64,000 bases of DNA from Eledone cirrhosa (GCA_964016885.1 OZ024760.1:32054001-32118000); one strand, 5' to 3'. Shown: positions 30,001-40,863, counted from the first letter of the stretch. The notes: generated from the sequence alone by a model not told the origin. Made by a program: numbers and translations.

Positions 30001-33000
30001 TGATCCAAGGTTTTGTGAAGTAAAGGAGAGAAAGTCTATAGTCTGAGTTGATCCAAGGTTTTGAGAAGTAAGGGAGAGAAAGACTATAGTCTGAGTTGAG
30101 CCAAGGTTTTGAGAAGTAAGCCAGAGAAAGGCTCTAGTTTGAATTGATCCGGGGTTTTGAGAAGTAAGGGAGAGAAAGGCTATAGTCTGAGCTGATCCAA
30201 GGTTTTGAGAAGTAAGGGAGAGAAAGACAATTGTCTGAGTTGATCCAAGGTTTTTAGAAGTAAGGGAGAGAAAGGCTATAGTCTGAGTTGATCCAAGGTT
30301 TTGAGAAGCAAGACAGAGAAAGGCTCTAGTTTGAGTTGATCCAAGCTTTTGAGAAGTAAGGGAGAGAAAGGCTATAGTCTGCGGTGATCCAAGATTTTGA
30401 GAAGTAAGGCAGAGAAAGGCTCTAGTTTGAGTTGATCCGCGGTTTTGAGAAATAAGGGAGAGAAAGGCTATAGCCTGAGTTGATCCAAGGTTTTGAGAAG
30501 TAGGGGAGAGAAAGAATATAGTCTGAGTTGACCCAAGATTTTGAGAAGTAAGGTAGAGAAAGGCTATAGTCTGAGTTGTTCCAAGGTTTTGAGAAGTAAG
30601 AGAGAGAAATACTATAGTCTGTGTGGATCCAAGGTTTTGAGAAGTAAAGGAGAGAAAGGCTATAGTCTGAGTTGATCCAAGGTTTTGAGAAGTAAAGGAG
30701 AGAAAGTCTATAGTCTGAGTTGATCCAAGGCTTTGAGAAGTAAAGGAGAGAAAGTCTATTGTCTGAATTGATCCAAGGTTTTGAGAAGTAAGGGAGAGAA
30801 AGACTATAGTCTGAGTTGATCCAAGGTTTTGAGAAGTAAGGCAGAGAAAGGCTCTAGTTTGACTTGATCCAAGGTTTTGAGAAGTAAGGGTGAGAAAAAC
30901 TATAGTCTGAGTTGATCCAATGTTTTGAGAAGTAAGGGAGAGAAAGACTATGGTCTGAGTTGATCCAAGGCTTTGAGAAGTAAGGGAGAGAAAGACTATA
31001 GTCTGAGTTGATGCAAGGTTTTGAGAAGTGAGAGAAAGAATATAGTCTGAGTTGATCCCAGGTTTTGAGAAGTAAGGGAGAGAATGACTATAGTCTGAAT
31101 TGATCGAAGGTTTTGAGAAGTAAGGGAGAGAAAGGCTATAGTCTGTGTTGTTCCAAGGTTTTGAGAAGTAAGGGTGAGAAATACTATAGTCTGTGTGGAT
31201 CCAAGGTTTTGAGAAGTAAGGCAGAGAAAGGCTATAGTCTGAGTTGATCCAAGGTTTTGAGAAGAAAAGGAGAGAAAGTTTATTGTCTGAAATGATCCAA
31301 GGTTTTGAGAAGTAAGGGTGAGAAAGACTATAGTCTGAGTTGAGGCAAGCTTTTGAGAAGTAAGCCAGAGAAAGGCTCTAGTTTGAGTTGATCCGAGGTT
31401 TTGACAAGTAAGGGAGAGAAAGGCTATAGTCTGAGCTGATCCAAGGTTTTGAGAAGTAAGGGAGAGAAAGACTATAGTCTGAGTTGATCCAAGGTTTTGA
31501 GAAGTAAGGTAGAGAAAGACTATAGTCTCTGTTGATCCAAGATTTTGAGAAGTAAGGGTGAGAATAACTATAGTCCGAGTTGATCCAAGGTTTTGAGAAG
31601 TAAGACAGAGAAAGGCTCTAGTTTGAGTTGATCCAAGCTTTTGAGAAGTAAGGGAGAGAAAGGCTATAGTCTGAGTTGATCCAAGATTTTGAGAAGTAAG
31701 GCAGAGAAAGGCTCTAATTTGAGTTGATCCGCGGTGTTGAGAAGTAAGGGAGAGAAAGGCTATAGTCTGAGTTGATGCAAGGTTTTGAGAAATAAAGGGA
31801 GAGAAAGACTATAGACTGAGTTTATCCAAGGTTTTGAGATGTAAGGGTGAGAAAGACTATAGTGTGAGTTGATCCGTACTTTCGAGAAGTAAGGGAGATA
31901 AAGACTATACTCTGTGTTGATCCAAGATTTTGAGAAGCAAGGGAGAGAAAGGCTATAGTCTGAGTTGATCCAAGGTTTTGAGAAGTAAGGCAGAGAAAGG
32001 CTATAGTCTGAGTTGATCCAAGGTTTTGAGAAGTAAAGGAGAGAAAGTCTATTGTCTGAAATGATCCAAGGTTTTGAGAAGTAAGGGTGAGAAAGACTAT
32101 AGTCTGAGTTGAGGCAAGGTTTTGAGAAGTAAGCCAGAGAAAGGCTCTAGTTTGAGTTGATCCGAGGTTTTGACAAGTAAAGGAGAGAAAGGCTATAGTC
32201 TAAGCTGATCCAAGGTTTTGAGAAGTAAGGGAGAGAAAGAATATAGTCTGAGTTGACCCAAGGTTTTGAGAAGTAAGGGAGAGAAAAGCTATAACCTGAG
32301 TTGTTCCAAAGTTTTGAGAAGTAAGGGAGAGAAAGACTATAGTCTGTGTGGATCCAAGGTTTTGAGAAGTAAGGCAGAGAAAGGCTATAGTCTGAGTTGA
32401 TCCAAGGTTTTGAGAAGTAAAGGAGAGAAAGTCTATTGTCTGAAATGATCCAAGGTTTTGAGAAGTAAGGGTGAGAAAGACTATAGTCTGAGTTGAGGCA
32501 AGGTTTTGAGAAGTAAGCCAGAGAAAGGCTCTAGTTTGAGTTGATCCGAGGTTTTGACAAGTAAGGGAGAGAAAGGCTATAGTCTAAGCTGATCCAAGGT
32601 TTTGAGAAGTAAGGGAGAGAAAGAATATAGTCTGAGTTGATGTAAGGTTTTGAGAAGTAAAGGAGAGAAAGGATATAGTCTGAGTTGATCCCAGGTTTTG
32701 AGATGTAAGGGTGAGAAAGACTATAGTGTGAGTTGATCCGTACTTTCGAGAAGTAAGGGAGATAAAGACTATACTCTGTGTTGATCCAAGATTTTGAGAA
32801 GCAAGGGAGAGAAAGGCTATCTTCTTAGTTGATCCAAGGTTTTGAGAAGTAAGGGAGAGAAAGGCTATAGTCTGAGTTGATCCAAGATTTTGAGAAGTAG
32901 GGGAGAGAAAGAATATAGTCTGAGTTGACCCAAGGTTTTGAGAAGTAAGGGAGAGAAAAGCTATAACCTGAGTTGTTCCAAGGTTTTGAGAAGTAAGGGA

Positions 33001-35969
33001 GAGAAAGAATATAGTCTGAGTTGATGTAAGGTTTTGAGAAGTAAAGGAGAGAAAGGATATAGTCTGAGTTGATCCAAGGTTTTGTGAAGTAAGGGAGAGA
33101 AAGACTATAGTCTGAATTGAGCCAAGGTTTTGAGAAGTAAGGCAGAGAAAGGCTCTAGTTTGAGTTGATCCAATGTTTTGAGAAGTAAGGGAGGGAAAGG
33201 CTATAGTCTGAGTTGTTCCAAAGTTTTGAGAAGTAAGGGAGAGAAAGTATATTGTCTGAGTTGATCCAAGGTTTTGAGAAGTAAGGGTGAGAAAAACTAT
33301 AGTCTGAGTTGATCGAAGGTTTTGAGAAGTAAGGGAGAGAAAGACTATCATCTGAGTTGTTCCAAGGTTTTGAGAAGTAAGGGAGAGAAATACTATAGTC
33401 TGTGTGGATCCAAGGTTTTGAGAAGTAAGGCAGAGAAAGGCTATAGTCTGAGTTGATCCAAGGTTTTGTGAAGTAAAGGAGAGAAAGTCTATAGTCTGAG
33501 TTGATCCAAGGTTTTGAGAAGTAAGGGAGAGAAAGACTATAGTCTGAGTTGAGCCAAGGTTTTGAGAAGTAAGCCAGAGAAAGGCTCTAGTTTGAATTGA
33601 TCCGGGGTTTTGAGAAGTATGGGAGAGAATGGCTATAGTCTGAGCTGATCCAAGATTTTGAGAAGTAAGGCAGAGAAAGGCTCTAGTTTGAGTTGATCCG
33701 CGGTTTTGAGAAGTAAGGGAGAGAAAGGCTATAGCCTGCGTTGATCCAAGGTTTTGAGAAGTAGGGGAGAGAAAGAATATAGTCTGAGTTGACCAAAGAT
33801 TTTGAGAAGTAAGGGAGAGAAAGGCTATAGTCTGAGTTGTTCCAAGGTTTTGAGAAGTAAGAGAGAGAAATACTATAGTCTGTGTGGATCCAAGATTTTG
33901 AGAAGTAAAGGAGAGAAAGGCTATAGTCTGCGTTGATCCAAGGTTTTGAGAAGTAAAGGAGAGAAAGTCTATAGTCTGAGTTGATCCAAGGCTTTGAGAA
34001 GTAAAGGAGAGAAAGTCTATAGTCTGAATTGATCCAAGGCTTTGAGAAGTAAAGGAGAGAAAGTCTATAGTCAGAATTGATCCAATGTTTTGAGAAGTAA
34101 GGGAGAGAAAGACTATAGTCTGAGTTGAGCCAAGGTTTTGAGAAGTAAGCCAGAGAAAGGCTCTAGTTTGAGTTGATCCGAGGTTTTGACAAGTAAGGGA
34201 GAGAAAGGCTATAGTCTGAGCTGATCCAAGGTTTTGAGAAGTAAGGGAGAGAAAGACTATAGTCTGAGTTGATCCAAGGTTTTGAGAAGTAAGGTAGAGA
34301 AAGACTATAGTCTCTGTTGATCCAAGATTTTGAGAAGTAAGGGAGAGAATAACTATAGTCCGAGTTGGTCCAAGGTTTTGAGAAGTAAGACAGAGAAAGG
34401 CTCTAGTTTGAGTTGATCCAAGCTTTTGAGAAGTAAGGGAGAGAAAGGCTATTGTCTGAGTTGATGCAAGATTTTGAGAAGTAAGGCAGAGAAAGGCTCT
34501 AATTTGAGTTGATCCGCGGTGTTGAGAAGTAAGGGAGAGAAAGCCTATAGTCTGAGTTGATCCAAGATTTTGAGAAGTAAGGCAGAGAAAGCCTCTAATT
34601 TGAGTTGATCCGCGGTGTTGAGAAGTAAGGGAGAGAAAGGCTATAGTCTGAGTTGATGCAAGGTTTTGAGAAATAAAGGGAGAGAAAGACTCTAGACTGA
34701 GTTTATCCAAGGTTTTGAGATGTAAGGGTGAGAAAGACTATAGTGTGAGTTGATCCGTACTTTTGAGAAGTAAGGGAGATAAAGACTATACTCTGTGTTG
34801 ATCCAAGATTTTGAGAAGCAAGGGAGAGAAAGGCTATCTTCTTAGTTGATCCAAGGTTTTGAGAAGTAAGAGAGAGAAAGGCTATAGTCTGAGTTGATCC
34901 AAGGTTTTGAGAAGTAAGGGAGAAAAAGACTATTATCTATATTGATCCAAGGTTTTGAGAAGTAAGGGAGAGAAAAGCTATAACCTGAGTTGTTCCAAAG
35001 TTTTGAGAAGTAAGGGAGAGAAAAACTATAGTCTGTGTGGATCCAAGGTTTTGAGAAGTAAGGGAGAGAAAGAATATAGTCTGAGTTGATGTAAGGTTTT
35101 GAGAAGTAAAGGAGAGAAAGGATATAGTCTGAGTTGATCCCAGGTTTTGTGAAGTAAGGGAGAGAATGACTATAGTCTGAATTGAGCCAAGGTTTTGAGA
35201 AGTAAGGCAGAGAAAGGCTCTAGTTTGAATTGATCCAATGTTTTGAGAAGTAAGGGAGGGAAAGGCTATAGTCTGAGTTGTTCCAAAGTTTTGAGAAGTA
35301 AGGGAAAGAAAGTATATAGTCTGAGTTGATCCAATGTTTTGAGAAGTAAAGGAGAGAATGTCTATAGTCTGAGTTGATCCAAGGTTTTGAGAAGTAAGGG
35401 AGAGAAAACTATAGTCTGAGTTGAGCCAAGGTTTTCAGAAGTAAGGCAGAGAAAGGCTCTAGTTTGAGTTGATCCACGGTTTTGAGAAGTAAGGGAGAGA
35501 AAGGCTATAGTCTGAGCTGATCCAAGGTTTTGAGAAGTAAGGGAGAGAAAGACCATAGTCTGATTTGATCCAAGGTTTTGAGAAGTATTTGAGAGAAAGG
35601 CTATTGTCTGATTTGATCCAAGATTTTGAGAAGTAAAGGAGAGAACGACTATAGTTTGAGTTGATCCAAGGTTTTGAGAAGTTAGGGAGCGAAAGACTAT
35701 AGTCTGACTTGATCCAAGGTTTTGCGAAGTAAGTGAGAGAAAGACTATAGACTGAGTTGATTCATGGTTTTGAGAAGTAAGAGAGAGAAAGCCTCTAGTC
35801 TGTGTTGATCCAAGGTATGTGAGAAGTAAAGGAGAGAAAGACTATAATTTGAGTTGATCCAAGGTTTTGAGAAGTAAAGGAGAGAAAGGCTATAGACTGA
35901 GGTGATCCCAGGTTTTGAGAAGTAAGGGAGAGAAAGACTATAGTCTGAGTTGATCCAAGGTTTGGAGAA
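1..35969. repeat. 48-bp tandem satellite array (~750 monomers), truncated by the left window edge
   Basis: Consensus TTGAGAAGTAAGGGAGAGAAAGACTATAGTCTGAGTTGATCCAAGGTT repeats head-to-tail, with a few substitutions per unit and occasional 47/49-bp units. It ends abruptly at ...ccaaggtttggagaa|tttttag (~35969). The 16-aa periodicity of the minus-strand ORFs (SQNLGSTQTIVFLSLT) confirms the 48-bp period. Confidence 0.98.
24632..31059. repeat. 3214-bp tandem duplication (2 copies, ~67 monomers each) within the 48-bp array
   Basis: Diagnostic variants recur at +3214: gaagtgagag at 27811/31025, identical ORFs at 25686/28900, ORF starts at 24849/28063. A chimeric junction atcccagg|tttgaagaaata lies at ~27846. 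Confidence 0.92.
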
Positions 35970-36203
35970 TTTTTTAGACAATTCAGGAAGAGTGAAACTT
36001 GTATTTATGCTAACTTGATGGAATCAATGGATGTGGACATGTTTCGAGCTCATTAGATTTCCTTAGCAAAGCATATTTATTTTGTATGTTAGCTTGACTA
36101 GAAATTGTTCTGATATTTGGATAACAACTCCATTCTCTGGACTTAAGATGTCTAAGTATTTGGGAAACATCACTTATATATATATATATATATATATATG
36201 TAT

Positions 36204-36357
36204 AAACATCGGCGGAGGTGGTGAGAGTAGACCTCAGATCGCTGAAGCTCATGGAGGAGATGATGAAGGACTGTGTCAAGTGGAGAGATTTCTGTGCTGA
36301 AAAGGACCCGTCCCACCCTTGCAAGCAGGGAAAAGTGGATATAAAATGATGATGATG
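36204..36357 (+). mobile_element. 5'-truncated 3' end of an RTE-clade LINE with an (ATG)n tail
   Basis: Translates as TSAEVVRVDLRSLKLMEEMMKDCVKWRD/(frameshift)SVLKRTR, matching the typical RTE ORF C-terminus (KTW.EVV..DL..L.L...M..DR..WR). It is followed by ...gcaagcagggaaaagtggatataaaatgatgatgatg. Confidence 0.8.
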
Positions 36358-36419
36358 CTGATACATCTGCACACGCAGTCATCACCGTTCATTCATCTAC
36401 AATATATACTATGTTACTA

Positions 36420-37290
36420 TACTATATATTAAACTAAATATACTTGAAAACATTTCTTTGTATATATAGATATATACTGTGTGTATATACAGTGCATATA
36501 TATGTGGGTATATACTGTATATATAAGTGTATATATGTGTGTGTATGTACATAGATAAATATGTGTGTGTGTATATTTACGTATATATGTATGTATTTGT
36601 ACGTACATAAGTGCATGTATGTGTGTGTGTGTGTATTTCTATGTAGGTAGGTATATATATATTCATGAATACAAAACTCAAGATTTACAAAAGAAAACTT
36701 GATTTTCTGGTGAACATATATTTCCAAATGAAAATATATACATATGTGTGTGTATATATATATGTATACATATATGCACACACACATATTTATGTATATA
36801 TATATATATGTGTGTGTATATATTAGTGTGTGTATATATTAGTGTGTATATATGTGTGTGTGTGTATATATATATATATGTGTACATATATGCACACACA
36901 TATTTATATATATATATATATGTGTGTGTGTGTATATGTATATACTCCAATCTTGTGTATTCATATATATATATATGTCTTGTGTATTCATGTACGGGAG
37001 TGTGTTTTAATTAAAATATTAATGAAGATCTGAATCTTAAAGGATGTTTGTATTTTTTGTTGGTGTGTGTATATATATATGTGTGTGTGTATATATGCAT
37101 ATATATGTGTGTGTGCATATATGTATACATATATATATACACACACATATGTATATATTTTCATTTGGAAATATATGTTCACCAGAAAATCAAGTTTTCT
37201 TTTGTAAATATTGATATATATATATATATGTGTGTGTGTATGTATATATATATATATATATGTGTGTATATATACATATATATGTGTGTG

Positions 37291-37359
<69 letters not shown>

Positions 37360-37409
37360 ATGTATATATATATATATATGTGTGTGTGTATATATATATG
37401 TGTGTGTGT

Positions 37410-37467
<58 letters not shown>

Positions 37468-37468
37468 T

Positions 37469-37501
<33 letters not shown>

Positions 37502-37574
37502 GCATGTGTGTGTATGTATATATATATATATATGTGTGTGTGTGTATATATATATATATATGTGTGTGTGTATG

Positions 37575-37639
<65 letters not shown>

Positions 37640-37642
37640 ATG

Positions 37643-37675
<33 letters not shown>

Positions 37676-37830
37676 ATATATTAAAATGATAACATACATA
37701 ATTAAATAAGAACAAAGAGATTCCTGTTTGTTTACATACATTCTTAGTATTCGTGTGTGTAAATACATATATATATGTATATATATATATAGTCATTTGT
37801 ATGTTTATATAAATATATGTGTGTGTGTGT
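36420..37830. repeat. Compound (TA)n/(TG)n microsatellite region
   Basis: Alternating TA and TG runs are directly visible. They explain the [12 protein letters not shown] ORFs. Confidence 0.95.
36683..37209. repeat. Inverted repeat with ~107-bp arms (36683-36789 and 37103-37209) and a ~313-bp spacer
   Basis: atttacaaaagaaaacttgattttctggtgaacatatatttccaaatgaaaat... is the reverse complement of ...attttcatttggaaatatatgttcaccagaaaatcaagttttcttttgtaaat. The peptide [17 protein letters not shown] appears on both strands in the ORF track. Confidence 0.93.
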
Positions 37831-38018
37831 TGGTGATCTATGCAATAAACACACCCAGTACACTCTGTAAAGTGGTTGGTGTTAAGAAGGACATCCAACC
37901 GTAGACCCTCCCAACAAAGGGTTGACACCACTTCAGTACTGACTTAATCTATGTAGACCCCGTCTAACCTTTTCTAGCATGGAAAGCAAACCTTAAATGA
38001 TGATGATGATGATGATGA

Positions 38019-38022
<4 letters not shown>
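37831..38022 (+). mobile_element. 3' portion of a SINE-like element with an RTE-type (ATG)n tail
   Basis: cacccagtacactctgtaaagtggttggtgttaagaaggacatccaaccgtag ... tctagcatggaaagcaaaccttaaatgatgatg. It shares its tail with 36300-36357 and 39631-39691, and its body with 40378-40450. Confidence 0.75.
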
Positions 38023-38066
<44 letters not shown>

Positions 38067-38090
38067 TATTCAAAATGTTAATAAATGAAA

Positions 38091-38143
<53 letters not shown>

Positions 38144-38190
38144 AATTATTGTGTAAAGTGCTCAGGTGCACTACAACTCATCAAAGGTGC
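38091..38190 (-). mobile_element. Probable 3' end of a retroposon with an (ATT)n tail on the minus strand
   Basis: The minus strand reads ...gagttgtagtgcacctgagcactttacacaataatttc(att)~17, with a small AGTGC/GCACT stem just before the tail, as in LINE/SINE 3' ends. Family not determined. Confidence 0.45.
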
Positions 38191-38809
38191 ATGTATAGTA
38201 CATAGAATAATATACAAATATCATGGAAGTGAATAGTGTATGATGAGTCATGATATACATGTGTGTATGTGTATGGAGGGGGAATATTAGATGTAGTGTT
38301 GTCAAAGGTACAATGGTGTTTAAGTACGTTTTCATCAGACAAAATATAAGATTTGATATGTGACATACCGCTACGGTTTCGATTATTCAATTCCAGTATT
38401 GGCAGTGATTTATTTCACCAACTCTCAACGTTTTTATATCATAAATAATATGATAAACTTAAAGAAGTTATATGTATATATATATGTAAATTAATTTCTG
38501 AAGACAGCATATATATGTGTAGGTATGTATATTCCCTCTGATAGTTTGTAATATTTTGACATAGATCTATATAATATACATACCAACACACATATACATC
38601 CTAGAAACGATCGTAAAATTATGAATTTTTTAATATAAGGAACTTGTTCTTTGTTTTTATTCATTGTTTTTATTAATTTATCTTGACTCTGTTTTCCTAT
38701 GATTTTCATCGGAAATTTTTGAATGCATCTTCTCCCTTCATGATATTTGGATTACATTGAGTTCTTCATACGGATTGGACACTACCGTATATTTTGGTAG
38801 ATTTATCTA

Positions 38810-38811
<2 letters not shown>

Positions 38812-38890
<79 letters not shown>
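38812..38890. repeat. (TA)n microsatellite, left flank of the hairpin element
   Basis: Pure TA run. Confidence 0.97.
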
Positions 38891-38892
<2 letters not shown>

Positions 38893-39178
38893 AAAGGATA
38901 ACAAGGACGATTGGTTACTCCTTCATTACATTTATTGGTTGGTGACGCGCGTTTCGCCACTGATCAGCTCAAGGTTCGATCTGAATCGATCTTACCCGAC
39001 TCTATAATCGACGGACCCTTTAAAATACATTTTAAAGGGTCCCTCGAGCTGCCGATTATAGAGTCGGGTAAGATCGATACAGATCGAACCTTGAGCTGAT
39101 CAGTGACGAAACGCGCGTCACCAACCAATAAATGTAATGAAGGAGTAACCAATCGTTCTTGTTATCCTTTCAATATAT
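38885..39178. mobile_element. Near-perfect 294-bp palindrome (hairpin 1); putative non-autonomous element
   Basis: The 126-bp arms 38885-39010 and 39053-39178 differ at 3 positions. An inner perfect 14-bp stem (39013-39026/39029-39042) closes a 2-nt loop. The palindrome is seen directly; the mobile-element identity is inferred. Confidence 0.7.
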
Positions 39179-39394
39179 TACACTCTGTCTAGCTCTACAC
39201 CTCAACACAGAAGTGAACCTAAACATTGAGTGCTCACCCGGGTGAACCTGCATAACTCCAAGTTACACTCCCTAGATATAGATATAGATATATACCCAGG
39301 AAGTGTAACGTGAAGTTAGTGTAGGTTCCCCCAGGTGAGCACTCAATGTTTAGGTTCACTTCTGTGTTGAGGTGTAGAGCTAGACAGAGTGTAA
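39178..39394. mobile_element. 217-bp palindrome (hairpin 2) abutting hairpin 1
   Basis: Perfect 61-bp arms 39178-39238 and 39334-39394. Imperfect pairing continues inward to ~39273/39298. The sequence is unrelated to hairpin 1. Confidence 0.7.
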
Positions 39395-39414
39395 ATATAA
39401 TCAAATCGTCCTTG

Positions 39415-39417
<3 letters not shown>

Positions 39418-39467
<50 letters not shown>
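39418..39467. repeat. (TA)n microsatellite, right flank of the hairpin element
   Basis: Pure TA run. Confidence 0.97.
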
Positions 39468-39470
<3 letters not shown>

Positions 39471-39595
39471 AAAAAAGATGAAATCGAAAATACAACTGGA
39501 GTCTTTTTTAAAATATTTATTTGGTTCCTTTACCAGTTTCGCAGTTCTTGTGCTTTTTAAAAGTAGAATTGAGATGGAGCGTTTGTGGTTTTTCT

Positions 39596-39630
<35 letters not shown>

Positions 39631-39636
<6 letters not shown>

Positions 39637-39691
39637 ATGCTAGTGTGGAAGATAGACGTTAAACGATGATGATGATGATGATGATGATGAT
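39631..39691 (+). mobile_element. Short RTE/SINE 3' tail fragment
   Basis: aacccatgctagtgtggaagatagacgttaaacgatgatgatg... has the same tail family as 36300-36357 and 37960-38022. It is embedded in (TA)n. Confidence 0.75.
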
Positions 39692-40209
39692 ATATATATA
39701 TATATGGAGAGAGAACAACCAAGTTACATCTAAAACATAATCCTACATATCTTTCAATGTATAATGGTGGGCCATACCACGGTATATTCGTGGTACCTGT
39801 CCAACGCTCTATATATCTTCAGGAACTTATATATTGTTTATAAGTTTCAAGAGATAACTTCATACCATGACGAGGTTCATATCATATCAATTAATATATT
39901 GTAAATTACAAGCACAATATAACCTTAGACACACATACACACACACACACACATATATATATATATGTGTGTGTGTGTGTAAACACTGTACGGCGTAATT
40001 CGGGCTGTTTGTTTGTTTACAAACAAACAAACCGAGCATTATAATAAATGTTCGGTAAACCGATACGTGCATATATATATATATATGTGTGCATGTATGT
40101 ATATATATATATACATACTACTGTACGTCTGCATACATATATGTATGTACGTATACATACATGCATACTTATATTTAAGTAACTGCCGTACTAAGAGTGA
40201 GAAATGAAG

Positions 40210-40260
40210 TTTCGATTCATTCTATTCCATTTATATATATATATATATATGTGTGTGTGT

Positions 40261-40334
<74 letters not shown>
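40210..40334. repeat. (TA)n followed by ~40 units of (TG)n
   Basis: Directly visible. Confidence 0.95.
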
Positions 40335-40336
<2 letters not shown>

Positions 40337-40341
40337 AGAGA

Positions 40342-40468
40342 GGGGTCTTGAGTCCAGTAAGACAACTTCTCTAGTGCTGGTGGCACGAATAAAACACCCC
40401 AGTCCATGCTCTAAAATGGCACTGGTGTTAGGAAGGGCATCCAACCAGTGTATTAATGCCAAAACAAA
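40342..40468 (+). mobile_element. Internal SINE-like fragment, same family as 37831-38022
   Basis: gctggtggcacgaataaaacacccagt...ggtgttaggaagggcatccaacc aligns by eye with aaacacacccagt...ggtgttaagaaggacatccaacc. Confidence 0.65.
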
Positions 40469-40628
40469 TATATATATATATATATATATACACACGGCTG
40501 TCTGTGACATTATGTATTTCCTATCTCAGTCATGTTGATACAATAACAACCTCACTTTTAAATCATGAGGTCCTCAGTTCTAACCCTACATTTATCCCTG
40601 TAAAATATTTATTTCTCCAAAGTTACTC

Positions 40629-40863
40629 CTAGTTGATAGCTTCTGTTACTCATGTGACTTAACACTTCAATGGAAGGGGTGGCTCTAACAGCAGAGTAGC
40701 TAAGAACAGGTTGGAAAAAGTTTAGGGTGTTACAACTTCTGTTGACAAGAAAAGGTTTTTTTTTCTACATGTGAAGTGTTGATTGTATGATGCTTGTGTG
40801 AGAAGTGTGATGTTGCATGTCAACCATGGGTGATAAATGCTGAGGATGCTCTGATGGATGTGA
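40629..40863 (+). mobile_element. Degenerate RTE-clade LINE ORF fragment (region just C-terminal to the RT core)
   Basis: Piecewise translation gives VDSFCY..D, RTGWKKFRVLQLLLTRKGF, LHVKC*LYDACVRSVMLH and ML*WM. These match the RTE motifs VDSFCYLGD / GWKKFRELLPLL / LYDACVRSVMLHGSETW / MLRWMC, with frameshifts and stops. Confidence 0.82.

Noticed and set aside
79-35981. Many minus-strand ORFs (SQNLGSTQTIVFLSLT / YFSKPWINSDYSLSLP) as genes
   Set aside because: They are translations of a 48-bp satellite, with frequent stops, frameshifts and non-ATG starts, and no unique domains.
36434-37931. [12 protein letters not shown] ORFs (also at 61512-63494)
   Set aside because: Dinucleotide repeats lack stop codons, so these ORFs are artefacts.
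38911-39152. Two similar 62-aa ORFs on opposite strands
   Set aside because: They are a mirror consequence of the palindrome, start at TTG, and have no recognisable domain.
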